This document shows, in pieces, positions 21,317-30,414 of a stretch of 63,859 bases of DNA. Position numbers and translations under genes: made by a program. The notes beneath the pieces were generated by a model. That model saw only the letters and a list, made by a program, of their open reading frames with translations, searched no databases and was not told the origin of the DNA. The stretch spans positions 1 through 63,859 of the forward strand of contig CBDAVP010000006.1 in assembly GCA_965201075.1 (NCBI GenBank). Direction: 5' to 3'. How positions within the stretch are numbered: position 1 is the first letter of the stretch; each line of letters starts with the position of its first letter. This DNA comes from Isosphaeraceae bacterium. GTDB taxonomy: Bacteria; Planctomycetota; Planctomycetia; Isosphaerales; Isosphaeraceae.

Positions 21317-21928
21317 TCAGGGACCTTGCAGCGGCGGCAGTTCCTCGACCTCGGGCCCGGCCGAGGGCAGGGGCTCCACGCCGAGGTCCCGGATCGTCGT
21401 CAAGGCCCGGTAGTCGACCCCCCGAGCGGCGAAGGCGAAGGCCGCCCCCTCGAGCCGGTCCAGGACCACGACAACCCGGGCCACGGTGCAGCCAAACGCC
21501 TCGGCCGCCTCGACCGCCTTGATCGACGAGCCGCCGGTGGTCGCCACGTCGTCGACGATCGCCACGACCATTCCCGGCTCCAGCGGCCCCTCGACCAACT
21601 GCCCGGTGCCGTGGCCCTTGGCCTCCTTGCGGACCAGGAATCCCCGCAGACCCGGCCGCTTGCCGGCGCCCGCGACGGCGAGGGTCGCCCCCACGATCGG
21701 GTCGGCCCCCATCGTCAAACCGCCGACAGCGTGGACCTGAGGCAAATCCGCCAGTTGGTCCAGCACCCCCGCGCCGATGACCGTCGCCCCCTCGGCCGAG
21801 AGCGTGACCTTGCGCCCGTCGACGTAGTAATGTGAGGTCCGCCCGCTGGCCAGGGTGAACGTCCCCGTCCGCAAGGCGTCGCGCTGGAGCAGGGCGATCA
21901 GCCGCCCCCGATCGAATCCCGGTCCCAT
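21317..21928 (-). CDS. pyrE: Orotate phosphoribosyltransferase
   Basis: FTLASGRTSHYYVD, VRKEAKGHG and the PRPP-binding motif IVDDVATTGGS. Confidence 0.95.
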   Translation of the reverse strand: MGPGFDRGRLIALLQRDALRTGTFTLASGRTSHYYVDGRKVTLSAEGATVIGAGVLDQLADLPQVHAVGGLTMGADPIVGATLAVAGAGKRPGLRGFLVRKEAKGHGTGQLVEGPLEPGMVVAIVDDVATTGGSSIKAVEAAEAFGCTVARVVVVLDRLEGAAFAFAARGVDYRALTTIRDLGVEPLPSAGPEVEELPPLQGP

Positions 21929-22432
21929 CGCGTCAGGCTCTCCTCTCGTCCGTCCCGGCCACACCGGTCGGTCACGCTAGCAGATACGCGCCACCGCCGC
22001 CACCCGCCCGGAGCCTCCGAACCCCTCGAACCCCAAGAGTTTGTCGGACCCGACGGCTCAGAGGGCCTCATTCCGATTGCCAACGCAATCCCTGGCAAAC
22101 GAAATCCCAACATCCTAGGATGAATCATTCCAACCCTTGACTGAGTCAAGAAGTTAAAAGTTCCCAAACTTCTCGGTTAAGGGGAGTCTTTTGGTGCGGT
22201 TCTCTGGGTTACCAAAGTCAAAGGGCAATCACGGGGACACGAATCTGTAGAGTAACACCAAGGCACGATTGATCTTGCGGCGTTTTTCCACTGATTACCG
22301 AATTGCGAGGTTGAGGGGCGGGAACACCTACTCTCGGCGTGACGATTGCACCCGGCCAAGGCGATGGAGAAGGCGGGTCTGACCATATGCCGCGATCCAC
22401 CGACAGTCCCGCCCGAACTCAGAGGAGCACCC

Positions 22433-23410
22433 ATGCGTTCAGCCCGACAGATTGGTGACGCGGACGGTTTCACGGCCCTGGATGATGCTGAGACCCGTCT
22501 TCTGGGGGCGCAGGAAGAAAAGGATTTGCTTCGCTCGCTGGCCAAATGCAAGGAGACCCTGGCTGGCGCTCTCGCGGCGATTCCCCAGGCCGAGCCCATT
22601 GAGGGGGCTGATGACCCTCATACCCTGGGCGAGTATGTCGCGGCCTTCTACGCCGGCCAGCGCAACGGACCGGCCGAGGTTCATCTGGGCGTTGTCTTTC
22701 GACGCTATTCCGAGCTGCGTGGCCGGCTGGCCCTGGCCAACCTTCGCCTTGTGGCCCATGTGGCGAAGCGGTTTCGGGATCGGGGGATCGCCTATTCCGA
22801 CCTGATGCAGGAAGGATTTTGCGGGCTACTGGAGGCGATCGACCGGTTTGACCTGTCCCACGGCACGAAGCTGGCGACCTACGCAACCTGGTGGATTCGC
22901 CAGGCGATGCAACGGGCCGTGGCCGCCGGCGCCTACCCGGTGCGGCTCAGCCCCCGCCACCTTCGTCAGCTCGCCCAGAACCAGGACACGCTGGAAGTCC
23001 CCGGCCAACTCGCGGCTCCGGCGAAAGTGGTCACGGCCCCGGCCTCCCCGGAGATGATCCGGCGCATCCACGCCGCCACCCGACCGACCATCTCGCTGGA
23101 CGCCAACCTCGACCGCGAGTCGAACTTCAGCCTGCTCCAGACCATGTCCGACCCCGAGGGGGATCGCACCGGCGAGGTGGACATGGACGAGACCATTGGC
23201 CGGCTGTTGGAAACCCTCCGCCCCCGCGAACAAGAGGTTCTGGCCCTGCGTTTCGGTCTGGGAGGTCAGGCCCGCCTGTCCTTGAGCCAGGTCGGCAAGG
23301 TGCTGGCCGTCTCCAAGGAACGGGTCCGCCAGATCCAGGACCGCGCCCTTCAGAAGCTCCGCGCCGTGGCCGCGGAAGACCCGGCCCACCTGCTGATGTC
23401 CGAGGGTTGA
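22433..23410 (+). CDS. Sigma-70 family (RpoD/RpoS-like, no region 1.1) RNA polymerase sigma factor
   Basis: ANLRLVAHVAKRF, DLMQEG..GL..AIDRFD, TYATWWIRQA and region 4 VSKERVRQI. GAGGAG RBS. Confidence 0.92.
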   Translation: MRSARQIGDADGFTALDDAETRLLGAQEEKDLLRSLAKCKETLAGALAAIPQAEPIEGADDPHTLGEYVAAFYAGQRNGPAEVHLGVVFRRYSELRGRLALANLRLVAHVAKRFRDRGIAYSDLMQEGFCGLLEAIDRFDLSHGTKLATYATWWIRQAMQRAVAAGAYPVRLSPRHLRQLAQNQDTLEVPGQLAAPAKVVTAPASPEMIRRIHAATRPTISLDANLDRESNFSLLQTMSDPEGDRTGEVDMDETIGRLLETLRPREQEVLALRFGLGGQARLSLSQVGKVLAVSKERVRQIQDRALQKLRAVAAEDPAHLLMSEG

Positions 23411-23439
23411 ACGGGTCAAGTCGGGGAACCGGATGACCG

Positions 23440-24495
23440 ATGATGCGCCAGAACGGGGGCGATGCGGCCCCCGAGCCCTGGCGACCTTGCCCAATGCCCG
23501 CCCACGCCTTGCGTCCGGACCCGAATCGCGACCCCCTCGGGCCGTTTCTTCACTACTTGATGGCCGAGTGCGGCGCCTCGCCCCACACCTTGGGGGCCTA
23601 TCGCGCCGACACCGCCCGGTTCGTTCGCTGGCGCAAGGAGCATGCGCCGGGCCCTCTGGCCGAGATCCGACTGGCGACCCTGTCTCGTTACGTCGAGTCC
23701 CTGAACGATCGAGGCCTGGCGCCGGTCAGCGTCGCCCGCCACATCGCTAGCCTCTCAACGTTCTTCCGGTTCCTGGTCTATGACGGCCGGCTCGGGGAAA
23801 ACGTGGCGAAGCTGCTAACCGCCCCGGCGCTCTGGGACCGCCTACCCACGGTATTGAGCCCGTCGGCCGTGGGCCGCTTGCTGGAGTCTCCTTCGGTGGA
23901 TACCGCCCTGGGCCGGCGGGACCGGGCGTTGCTGGAGACCCTGTACGCCACGGGCTGCCGGGCCTCGGAGGTGGTTGGTCTGCGCCCGGGAGACCTCGAC
24001 CTGGCCGGCGGAACGGCTCGCTGCGTGGGGAAGGGGGACAAGGAACGCCTGGTGCCGCTGGGCTCTCGGGCTCGCGAGGCGATCAGTGAGTATCTGCGAC
24101 GAGACCGGCCGAGGCTGGTTTCGCGCCGGCCCGAGACGGTCGAGGTCTTCGTGGCCCGGACTGGGCGGCCGTTGACCCGCGTCAGCCTTTGGAGGATCGT
24201 CAAGGAGGCCGCGCGCGCCTCGGGCCTGCCCGAATCGGTCAGCCCCCACACCCTCCGCCACAGTTTCGCCACCCACTTGCTAGCCGGAGGCGCGGACCTC
24301 CGCGTCGTCCAGGAGATGCTGGGCCACGCCTCGATCGCCACCACCCAGGTCTACACCCGGGTGGAGATGAGTCGCCTGCTGGCGGTCCACCGAGACTTCC
24401 ACCCCCGCGTCCGTCGCGACCCCCCATCCCCCCCCGCGCAATCGTCTCCAAAACCAGATCCGCGACGACCCTCTCCCGAAGACCCCGTGGCTTGA
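23440..24495 (+). CDS. xerD: Site-specific tyrosine recombinase XerD (start may be 23494)
   Basis: RDRALLETLYATGCRASE, GKGDKER, SPHTLRHSFATHLLAGGADLRVVQEMLGHASIATTQVYT. Confidence 0.88.
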   Translation: MMRQNGGDAAPEPWRPCPMPAHALRPDPNRDPLGPFLHYLMAECGASPHTLGAYRADTARFVRWRKEHAPGPLAEIRLATLSRYVESLNDRGLAPVSVARHIASLSTFFRFLVYDGRLGENVAKLLTAPALWDRLPTVLSPSAVGRLLESPSVDTALGRRDRALLETLYATGCRASEVVGLRPGDLDLAGGTARCVGKGDKERLVPLGSRAREAISEYLRRDRPRLVSRRPETVEVFVARTGRPLTRVSLWRIVKEAARASGLPESVSPHTLRHSFATHLLAGGADLRVVQEMLGHASIATTQVYTRVEMSRLLAVHRDFHPRVRRDPPSPPAQSSPKPDPRRPSPEDPVA

Positions 24496-24556
24496 CGCGG
24501 GCCTAGGATAAGTGGGCGATGGTCCATGGTTTCGCTCGCGGAAATGGGGGGGCTCG

Positions 24557-25006
24557 ATGGAGAGCAACCTGGCCTTGCTGACCTGCCTGGCCTCGACCCT
24601 GTACATGATGGGCGTCATCTGGTTCGTGCAGGTCGTCCACTACCCGCTCTTCGACCAGGTCGGGCCGGACGTGTTTCGGAGATATCATGCCAGCCACACA
24701 CGGCGGACGACCCCCGTGGTGGCGCTACCGATGTTGCTGGAGTTGGGCAGCAGCCTGGCGTTGGTGGTTCACCCGCCATTCGGCTCGACCCCCGGTTGGA
24801 CCTGGGCGGGGCTGGCCGCCTCGGTGGTCTGCTGGGCGAGCACCGTCGTCCTATCGGTCCCGAGCCATCGGCGACTGGCCTCCGGCTTCGACCGCCGGAC
24901 ACACCGGGCCCTGGTCCTGACGAACCTCGTCCGACTGGCCGGCTGGTCCGCTCACGCGCTGATCGTCCTGGGCCTGACCGCCGTCGCCCTGCGAGCCCGC
25001 GACTGA
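24557..25006 (+). CDS. Conserved membrane protein (4 TM)
   Basis: GVIWFVQVVHYPLF, ST..LSVPSH and NLVR..W pattern with four hydrophobic segments. Confidence 0.8.
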   Translation: MESNLALLTCLASTLYMMGVIWFVQVVHYPLFDQVGPDVFRRYHASHTRRTTPVVALPMLLELGSSLALVVHPPFGSTPGWTWAGLAASVVCWASTVVLSVPSHRRLASGFDRRTHRALVLTNLVRLAGWSAHALIVLGLTAVALRARD

Positions 25007-25385
25007 GCCGGGGGGTCGCGACGGCTCAGGAACACCGACACCCGCATGCGGAACCTGGGTTTATTCACAGGCCCACGCGGCACAAGGGTTTGCAGAATCA
25101 TGCAATTCCGCATGGCATCGCTAATGGGGGCCTTTGTTTTGTGGGTATTGAAAAATCTCGCGAGATTCCCGAGTTTTTTTGTCGCGGACCGATGAGATTC
25201 TCGGTGCCTTTCCATGAACAGGGTTGGCAACGCGGCCGCATCCTGAACCGAATTTTGAACGGTCGGTGGGTCGTCCGAACCTGGGCAATCCGTGCGTTCC
25301 AGGACGAAATGAAACGAGCGGATCGTTCCAGCCCCACTGACGTTGAAGACCCTTGTGGCTCACTAACTCTCGAAGGAGTGAAACG

Positions 25386-25589
25386 ATGAACGCGATTCAA
25401 ATCGTCGCCGAGCGGTGGAACCTGGGCCGGATCTTCGAGGGGGCTCAGGCTCGGCGGGTCGAGGCGACGACCCGTCGCACCCGTCGGCAGTTCAACTTGA
25501 ACCTTGACGCGCTGCCCCCGAGGATTGCCCCCGCGGTCCTGATCATCCCGGCCGAGGAGCCGGAGCCGGCCAACCCCTACATCTACTGA
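25386..25589 (+). CDS. 67-aa peptide carrying a planctomycete extracellular-motif variant
   Basis: AAGGAG RBS; RRTRRQFNLNLDALPPRIAPA followed by only VLIIPAEEPEPANPYIY. Confidence 0.65.
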   Translation: MNAIQIVAERWNLGRIFEGAQARRVEATTRRTRRQFNLNLDALPPRIAPAVLIIPAEEPEPANPYIY

Positions 25590-25650
25590 GTCTCGCCAGG
25601 AGGGTCGGGGCGACCGACCCAGGCAAAGGCGGAGTGGGCGAGGGGGTTGA

Positions 25651-28146
25651 TCAATGGGCCGGGCCGGGGACATCTGTCCGGCTCGGCTGAGCGGCGAGCG
25701 CTTCAAGCCGTTGCCGTGCGTCCCGGAGACCGTCCTCGGCCCGCGCCTTGAGAGCGGAGATTGCCGACCAAGACTCGCCGGCGCGTCCAGATTGTTCTCC
25801 GCCAAGCGTTTGGGCCGCCTTGAAATCTTCCAGGGCGTCCTGGTAAATCCCCACCGAGCGACGGTAGTTTTCGGTCGTCGCGGTTCTGACGTCCTTCAGC
25901 GTTTCGGCCCAGTGGACGCGGTAATCCGCTCGCCCCAGGTGGAGGCCGGCGAGGGAGCTTTTGGACAGGTCGGGCCGCAAGACCTCGGCGATTTCGATCG
26001 CTCGCGTCATCTCGCGGTTGGCTTCCTCGTAATTGCTCTCGATGCAGGCGAGACCGGCCAGGTTCTGGTGCAGGGGATAGTACCCCGCTGAGAACTCCAG
26101 TCGTTGCGTTTGGGATAAGGCTTCGCGTGCCCGGTTCAAGTCGCGGCGAATCATCCGCGCTGACCCGAGTCGGTTCTGGAAACGGAGGGCCCCATCGGCC
26201 ACCCCGTGGACCTCGGCCACCCGCTGGATGATGCCATCGGCGGCGATGGGATCTCCCAGGAGGCGCAGAGCCTGCATGCCGCGATCGTATTGGGCCTCGG
26301 CTTCCTCGAAGTGCCCACCGGATTCGTGGCGCAGTCCCAGGCCGAAGTGGGCGAGGATCGCCCCCTCGCCGCTGCCCGGTTCGGACGCCGTCAACGCCTT
26401 TTGGAAAGCCTTTGGGGCGTCCTCGGAGAAGCTGGGGAAGCGGAGCAACGCCAGGCCCAGCCCGGCCTGGACCGAGGCCGAATGGGGATGCTCTTCGGCG
26501 GCCTGACGATAGGCGGACAGGGCCAACCGGTCGGCGTCGGCCCGGGAGAAGGCATCGTGAGCGGCCCGAGGGTCGCCTCGCGCCTCGGCCTCAAGTGCCT
26601 CACGGATCAGGGTCGAGGCGACCCGATCGGTCCGGGCTGGGGATTTCTGTTCGGTTGGCGTGAGGAAGGCGGACCGGCCTCCGACGCCCAGCGCCAGGGT
26701 GGCGGCCAGGGCCGAACCGACCAGCATGCCACGGTTGCGCCGGAGGCGGTTGTTCAGGCGTTCGCGAGGCGAGGGGTTGCCCGCCCGTCGCGGGGTCTTT
26801 CGGTTCAGGAACAGCGTGAGGTCCTCGGCCAACTCCTGGGCCGAGGCGTAACGGTCCGAGGGGCGAGGGGCCAGGCATCGCGAGGCGATCGCCTCCAGCG
26901 CGTGGGGGACCGTCGGGTTGGTCGGGCGGATCGCGGGGGAAGTCCCCAAGGCCCGTCGGTCGCGCAACTCCGCGATGGCCCGGGGCAAGAGGAGGTGGGG
27001 ATCGGGCCCCTCGGGACGTTGACCCGTCAGAAGTTCCACCAGGACCAGTCCCAGGGCGTACAGGTCGGCCGGCTCTCGGACATCGCCGTGGCGGGTCGGG
27101 TCGAGGAAGGCGTCGAGTTGCTCTGGGGCCATGTAGGGCAGTGTGCCCCCGTCCCGGGCGGCGAGGGCGTCTTCGGCGGCGGCCTGGGGGTCGTGGGCCA
27201 GGTTGAAGTCCAGCAGTTGCGGGCCGTCGCGGGCCGTCAGCAGGACGTTGGCTGGCTTGACGTCGCGGTGAAGCACCCCGCGTGCGTGGGCGTAGGCCAG
27301 GGCGTGGGCCAGGGTCATGACGACCCAGGCCGCCCCTTCCGCGTAGGTTCCGCGCAGGGGAAATCCGGCCCATCCGGGTCGGTCGCCCGGGTCGTGGGGC
27401 GCCTCGGGCGTCGCCGCGTCCCAGAGGGCCTGGGCCGAGGCGGGCCGGGCCGACGGTTGGGCCCGTTCGATGACCTCGTGCAGTGGACGAGCCGGTCGGT
27501 AGGGCATGCACAGCCCCCGCAGGCCGGTGGGTTCGTCAAGGGTTCTCGACAGGATCGAGACGATCCGGGGGTGTTCCAATCGCCCCATGACGGCCGGCTC
27601 TCGGCCGCGGTCCAGGGTGATTTTCAGCGCCACGAGGCGGTCGCCCAGGCCCTCCTCGCGAGCCAGATAGACCTGTCCCTCGCCGCCCCGACCCAGGATC
27701 GCGTCGAGGCGGAAGTGGACGAACCGGCCGCCCAACTCGGGGAACCGGGGCCTTCTGGGTTTGACGCCCGCGGCCTGGCTCAAAAGTCGGTGAACTCGCA
27801 ACTGCGATTCCAACGAGTCCCGCCACGGCTCGTAGTGCTGGCAGAACTGGTCGTCGTCGGGGGCCTCGCCTCGGTCCTCCCGCAGGCAGTATTCCTCGTA
27901 GACGAGGCTGACGACCCGGTCTCGCCAATCGCGAAGGAACGGGAACCTCTCAAGGTACTCGCTCACCTCGGGACGCTGGCCGATGGTGAACCGCCCGCGG
28001 AGGTCGGCCTTGACCAGGATGGGGAGGGCCTCGGGGTTTCGGCCGAGGCCGTTCCAGTAGGCGTCGAGGTTGGGGACCTCGCCTCGTCGCCAGGCCGCCT
28101 CGATGGCGAGGGCCGCCCGCTCGATGGCCCCGGCCGCGAAGCTCAT
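25651..28146 (-). CDS. Hanks-type Ser/Thr protein kinase with TM segment and C-terminal TPR-like domain
   Basis: GRGGEGQVY, VALK, HRDVKPAN, DFNLA and GTLPYMAPEQ; hydrophobic GMLVGSALAATLALGVGG; helical TPR-like C-terminus. Confidence 0.93.
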   Translation of the reverse strand: MSFAAGAIERAALAIEAAWRRGEVPNLDAYWNGLGRNPEALPILVKADLRGRFTIGQRPEVSEYLERFPFLRDWRDRVVSLVYEEYCLREDRGEAPDDDQFCQHYEPWRDSLESQLRVHRLLSQAAGVKPRRPRFPELGGRFVHFRLDAILGRGGEGQVYLAREEGLGDRLVALKITLDRGREPAVMGRLEHPRIVSILSRTLDEPTGLRGLCMPYRPARPLHEVIERAQPSARPASAQALWDAATPEAPHDPGDRPGWAGFPLRGTYAEGAAWVVMTLAHALAYAHARGVLHRDVKPANVLLTARDGPQLLDFNLAHDPQAAAEDALAARDGGTLPYMAPEQLDAFLDPTRHGDVREPADLYALGLVLVELLTGQRPEGPDPHLLLPRAIAELRDRRALGTSPAIRPTNPTVPHALEAIASRCLAPRPSDRYASAQELAEDLTLFLNRKTPRRAGNPSPRERLNNRLRRNRGMLVGSALAATLALGVGGRSAFLTPTEQKSPARTDRVASTLIREALEAEARGDPRAAHDAFSRADADRLALSAYRQAAEEHPHSASVQAGLGLALLRFPSFSEDAPKAFQKALTASEPGSGEGAILAHFGLGLRHESGGHFEEAEAQYDRGMQALRLLGDPIAADGIIQRVAEVHGVADGALRFQNRLGSARMIRRDLNRAREALSQTQRLEFSAGYYPLHQNLAGLACIESNYEEANREMTRAIEIAEVLRPDLSKSSLAGLHLGRADYRVHWAETLKDVRTATTENYRRSVGIYQDALEDFKAAQTLGGEQSGRAGESWSAISALKARAEDGLRDARQRLEALAAQPSRTDVPGPAH

Positions 28147-28751
28147 CCGGTTCGCCCCGTGGCGGTGGTGGTCCAGGAGTCACCCAACCGCTTCAAAATC
28201 CTCTGCAACGCCCGCAGGTTCATGCCGAGCCTCGGGGCAATCTCGGCATTCTCCAGGTGGGCCAATCTCAGGTCGACAACCTGGAGTTCTTGCGGGGTGC
28301 AACGGCCCCGGAACAGTTCCAGCCCTTCATTGGCCGAGACCACGGCGCTGGGGGTCGGGTCATGCGAGGCCAGCGATTGGGGAGACGCCTCGCCGTCGGC
28401 GTCGGCGTCGAGGCGACGCTCACGATCGACGTCGTTTTTTTGGGCGTGCATCCGCCGATATTCGTCGACGATCTTCTGTTCAGCCGCCTTGGCCAGGAAA
28501 CCGAGGAAGTGGTCTAGCGTCGGAAAATCAAAGCGATCCGCCTTGGCGATAAGGCTTTTCCAGACGTCACCGGCGATGTCCGTCGAGTCGTACAAGGTCC
28601 GCATCGGGGCCTCCAGCCGGCGACGGACGGCCCTGAGAAGCTTCGGGTGACAGGTGCGAAATAATTCATTCCAGGCAGCCGGATCCCCGGCCTGGGCCCG
28701 TTGGAAAAGGGCGTCAGCGTCGGATGGCGGCGAGTCCGGCGGCGCGTTCAT
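28143..28751 (-). CDS. ECF sigma factor (kinase-associated type)
   Basis: AQAGDPAAWNELF, RTLYDSTDIAGDVW, KIVDEYRR and a region-4 HTH. 4-bp overlap with the kinase gene. Confidence 0.88.
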   Translation of the reverse strand: MNAPPDSPPSDADALFQRAQAGDPAAWNELFRTCHPKLLRAVRRRLEAPMRTLYDSTDIAGDVWKSLIAKADRFDFPTLDHFLGFLAKAAEQKIVDEYRRMHAQKNDVDRERRLDADADGEASPQSLASHDPTPSAVVSANEGLELFRGRCTPQELQVVDLRLAHLENAEIAPRLGMNLRALQRILKRLGDSWTTTATGRTG

Positions 28752-29133
28752 CAAGATGTCCCTCTCCAGTGGGTGTCCGGGAGAGGCGGTCGATTTGAGG
28801 CGGGGGGCGGCTGTCGTCAAGACACCTGTCGGGTCCCGGAACCCGTCAATCATTCTAGCGTGGAATGATCGGCCCGGGAACCGACTTCGCGAGATTCGGT
28901 CGACCCAAAGCAGGCCCTCCGCCGCTCGCACAGGGTCAAACGAGAACAATGAAATCAAATTCGTACAATTCGCAACTCGAACGACCGTGGAGCGGAACTA
29001 CTCGCGTGGTAAACCGAAGAAAAGTGGCTGAAAGGTCTGACCGTTCGCACATGTCCTACGTTGATAAAATGCAACACAAGGGTTGGCTGGCTGCCGCCGG
29101 AGTCACTCCGTGGGCAGGGGGGACGGGTGGGTT

Positions 29134-29790
29134 TCAGTTCATGCTAAACTGAGGGGCGTTGCCGAGACGGAGACCGCCCCCAAGGATGACCGATGGAAGT
29201 TGGTCGTTGATGGCGGGATAGTCGTCGTCGTGGAGGATTCCGCGGCAGGCCTGGCGGTAGAGGGGGCAGGACTGGTGCTGGCGAGTCGCCGCGGCGTGCC
29301 AGGGCTGGGCCAGGTCGGATCGGCCGGCGCGATGGGCCAAGATGATCCGCCCCAGCGGTGAGATCCGGGTGGCCCCCGCGCGGAGGATGGCCTCAAGAGG
29401 CACGCCCAGCGAGGCCCGGGCCTCGGCCCGACGGACCTCGCCGCGCAGTTCCCGGCGCAGGCCGCGCAAGATCCGCCGGACCTGTGTAAGGTAACGCCCC
29501 GCCGACGCGTCCTGGGCCAGCACCATCCAGGGGTCGTCCAGCGGCGAGGCCGGCGGCTGCGAGGCGACGAAGAGTTCCGGGTCCACCGGGACGTCGGGGT
29601 CCTGGTCGTGGAGCCCCAGCAACGTCGAGGCGACATGGGCCCAAACGCCCGGATTCGAGGTATCCAGGCGCCAGCGGGGACGGCTCCGCCGGTAGGATCG
29701 CTCGATCCGATCTGCCAGTTCCTGGGTCGCGCTGCGGATCGGGACCATGAAGACCTCGTCGGCTGGCTCGGGACGAGACAAGCTCGGCAC
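29134..29790 (-). CDS. Hypothetical protein (start 29790 or 29748)
   Basis: Coherent ORF with biased codon usage; no family recognised. Confidence 0.65.
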   Translation of the reverse strand: MPSLSRPEPADEVFMVPIRSATQELADRIERSYRRSRPRWRLDTSNPGVWAHVASTLLGLHDQDPDVPVDPELFVASQPPASPLDDPWMVLAQDASAGRYLTQVRRILRGLRRELRGEVRRAEARASLGVPLEAILRAGATRISPLGRIILAHRAGRSDLAQPWHAAATRQHQSCPLYRQACRGILHDDDYPAINDQLPSVILGGGLRLGNAPQFSMN

Positions 29791-30099
29791 GCCTCGCGCA
29801 CCGTCGCGCGAAGGTGCGACTCGGGACTCTCTTCCCTCCTAGGACCGGCACCGAGATCGGCGCGTCGCCGCGACAGACTTTTTCCGTTTGAGAGGAAAAT
29901 TCTTCTCGGCGGGCTGCCGGGGCCGTCGGGGCCGTCGTTGATGGCGAGGCACGCTCTGGACTTTGGCGGGAGCACCGCTTAAAATCTCGACTCCTCGCCA
30001 ACCAAAGGCCGGACCCCCACCGGCCGAAACGGAGCAGGCCGCCGGAACGGTCTCCGGCCCTGGCTGCCCCACTAGCGACGAGTTGGGCCCACCAATCCC

Positions 30100-30372
30100 A
30101 TGGAATCCGAGACCCGTCAATCGGACTGGCAGACGCTCAAGTCCGACCTGGCCTACCGCGTCCGGGAGATCCGCGAGGAACTCTATGGGCAGCACGGGGG
30201 GCCGTTGCTGGCCGAGAAGTTGCGTCTACCGTTCCGAACCTGGATGAATTATGAGGGGGGCTGCACGATTCCGGCTCAGGTGATCCTGCGGTTCATGGAG
30301 ATCACCGGCGCCCACCCCTACTGGCTCCTCTGCGGCGAGGGGGAACGGTACCTCGTCGGGGGCGTTTTGTAA
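30100..30372 (+). CDS. XRE-like helix-turn-helix protein
   Basis: [20 protein letters not shown]...WLLCGEG, a typical Cro/CI-type pattern. Confidence 0.8.
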   Translation: MESETRQSDWQTLKSDLAYRVREIREELYGQHGGPLLAEKLRLPFRTWMNYEGGCTIPAQVILRFMEITGAHPYWLLCGEGERYLVGGVL

Positions 30373-30414
30373 GGCCGGCGGCGAGCTTCCCCGGGCCGCC
30401 CCGGCCGGAGGCCC

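Noticed and set aside
23440..24495. Tyrosine recombinase as a prophage or ICE integrase
   Set aside because: It matches housekeeping XerD motifs, has host-like GC, and has no phage or conjugation genes or att repeats nearby.
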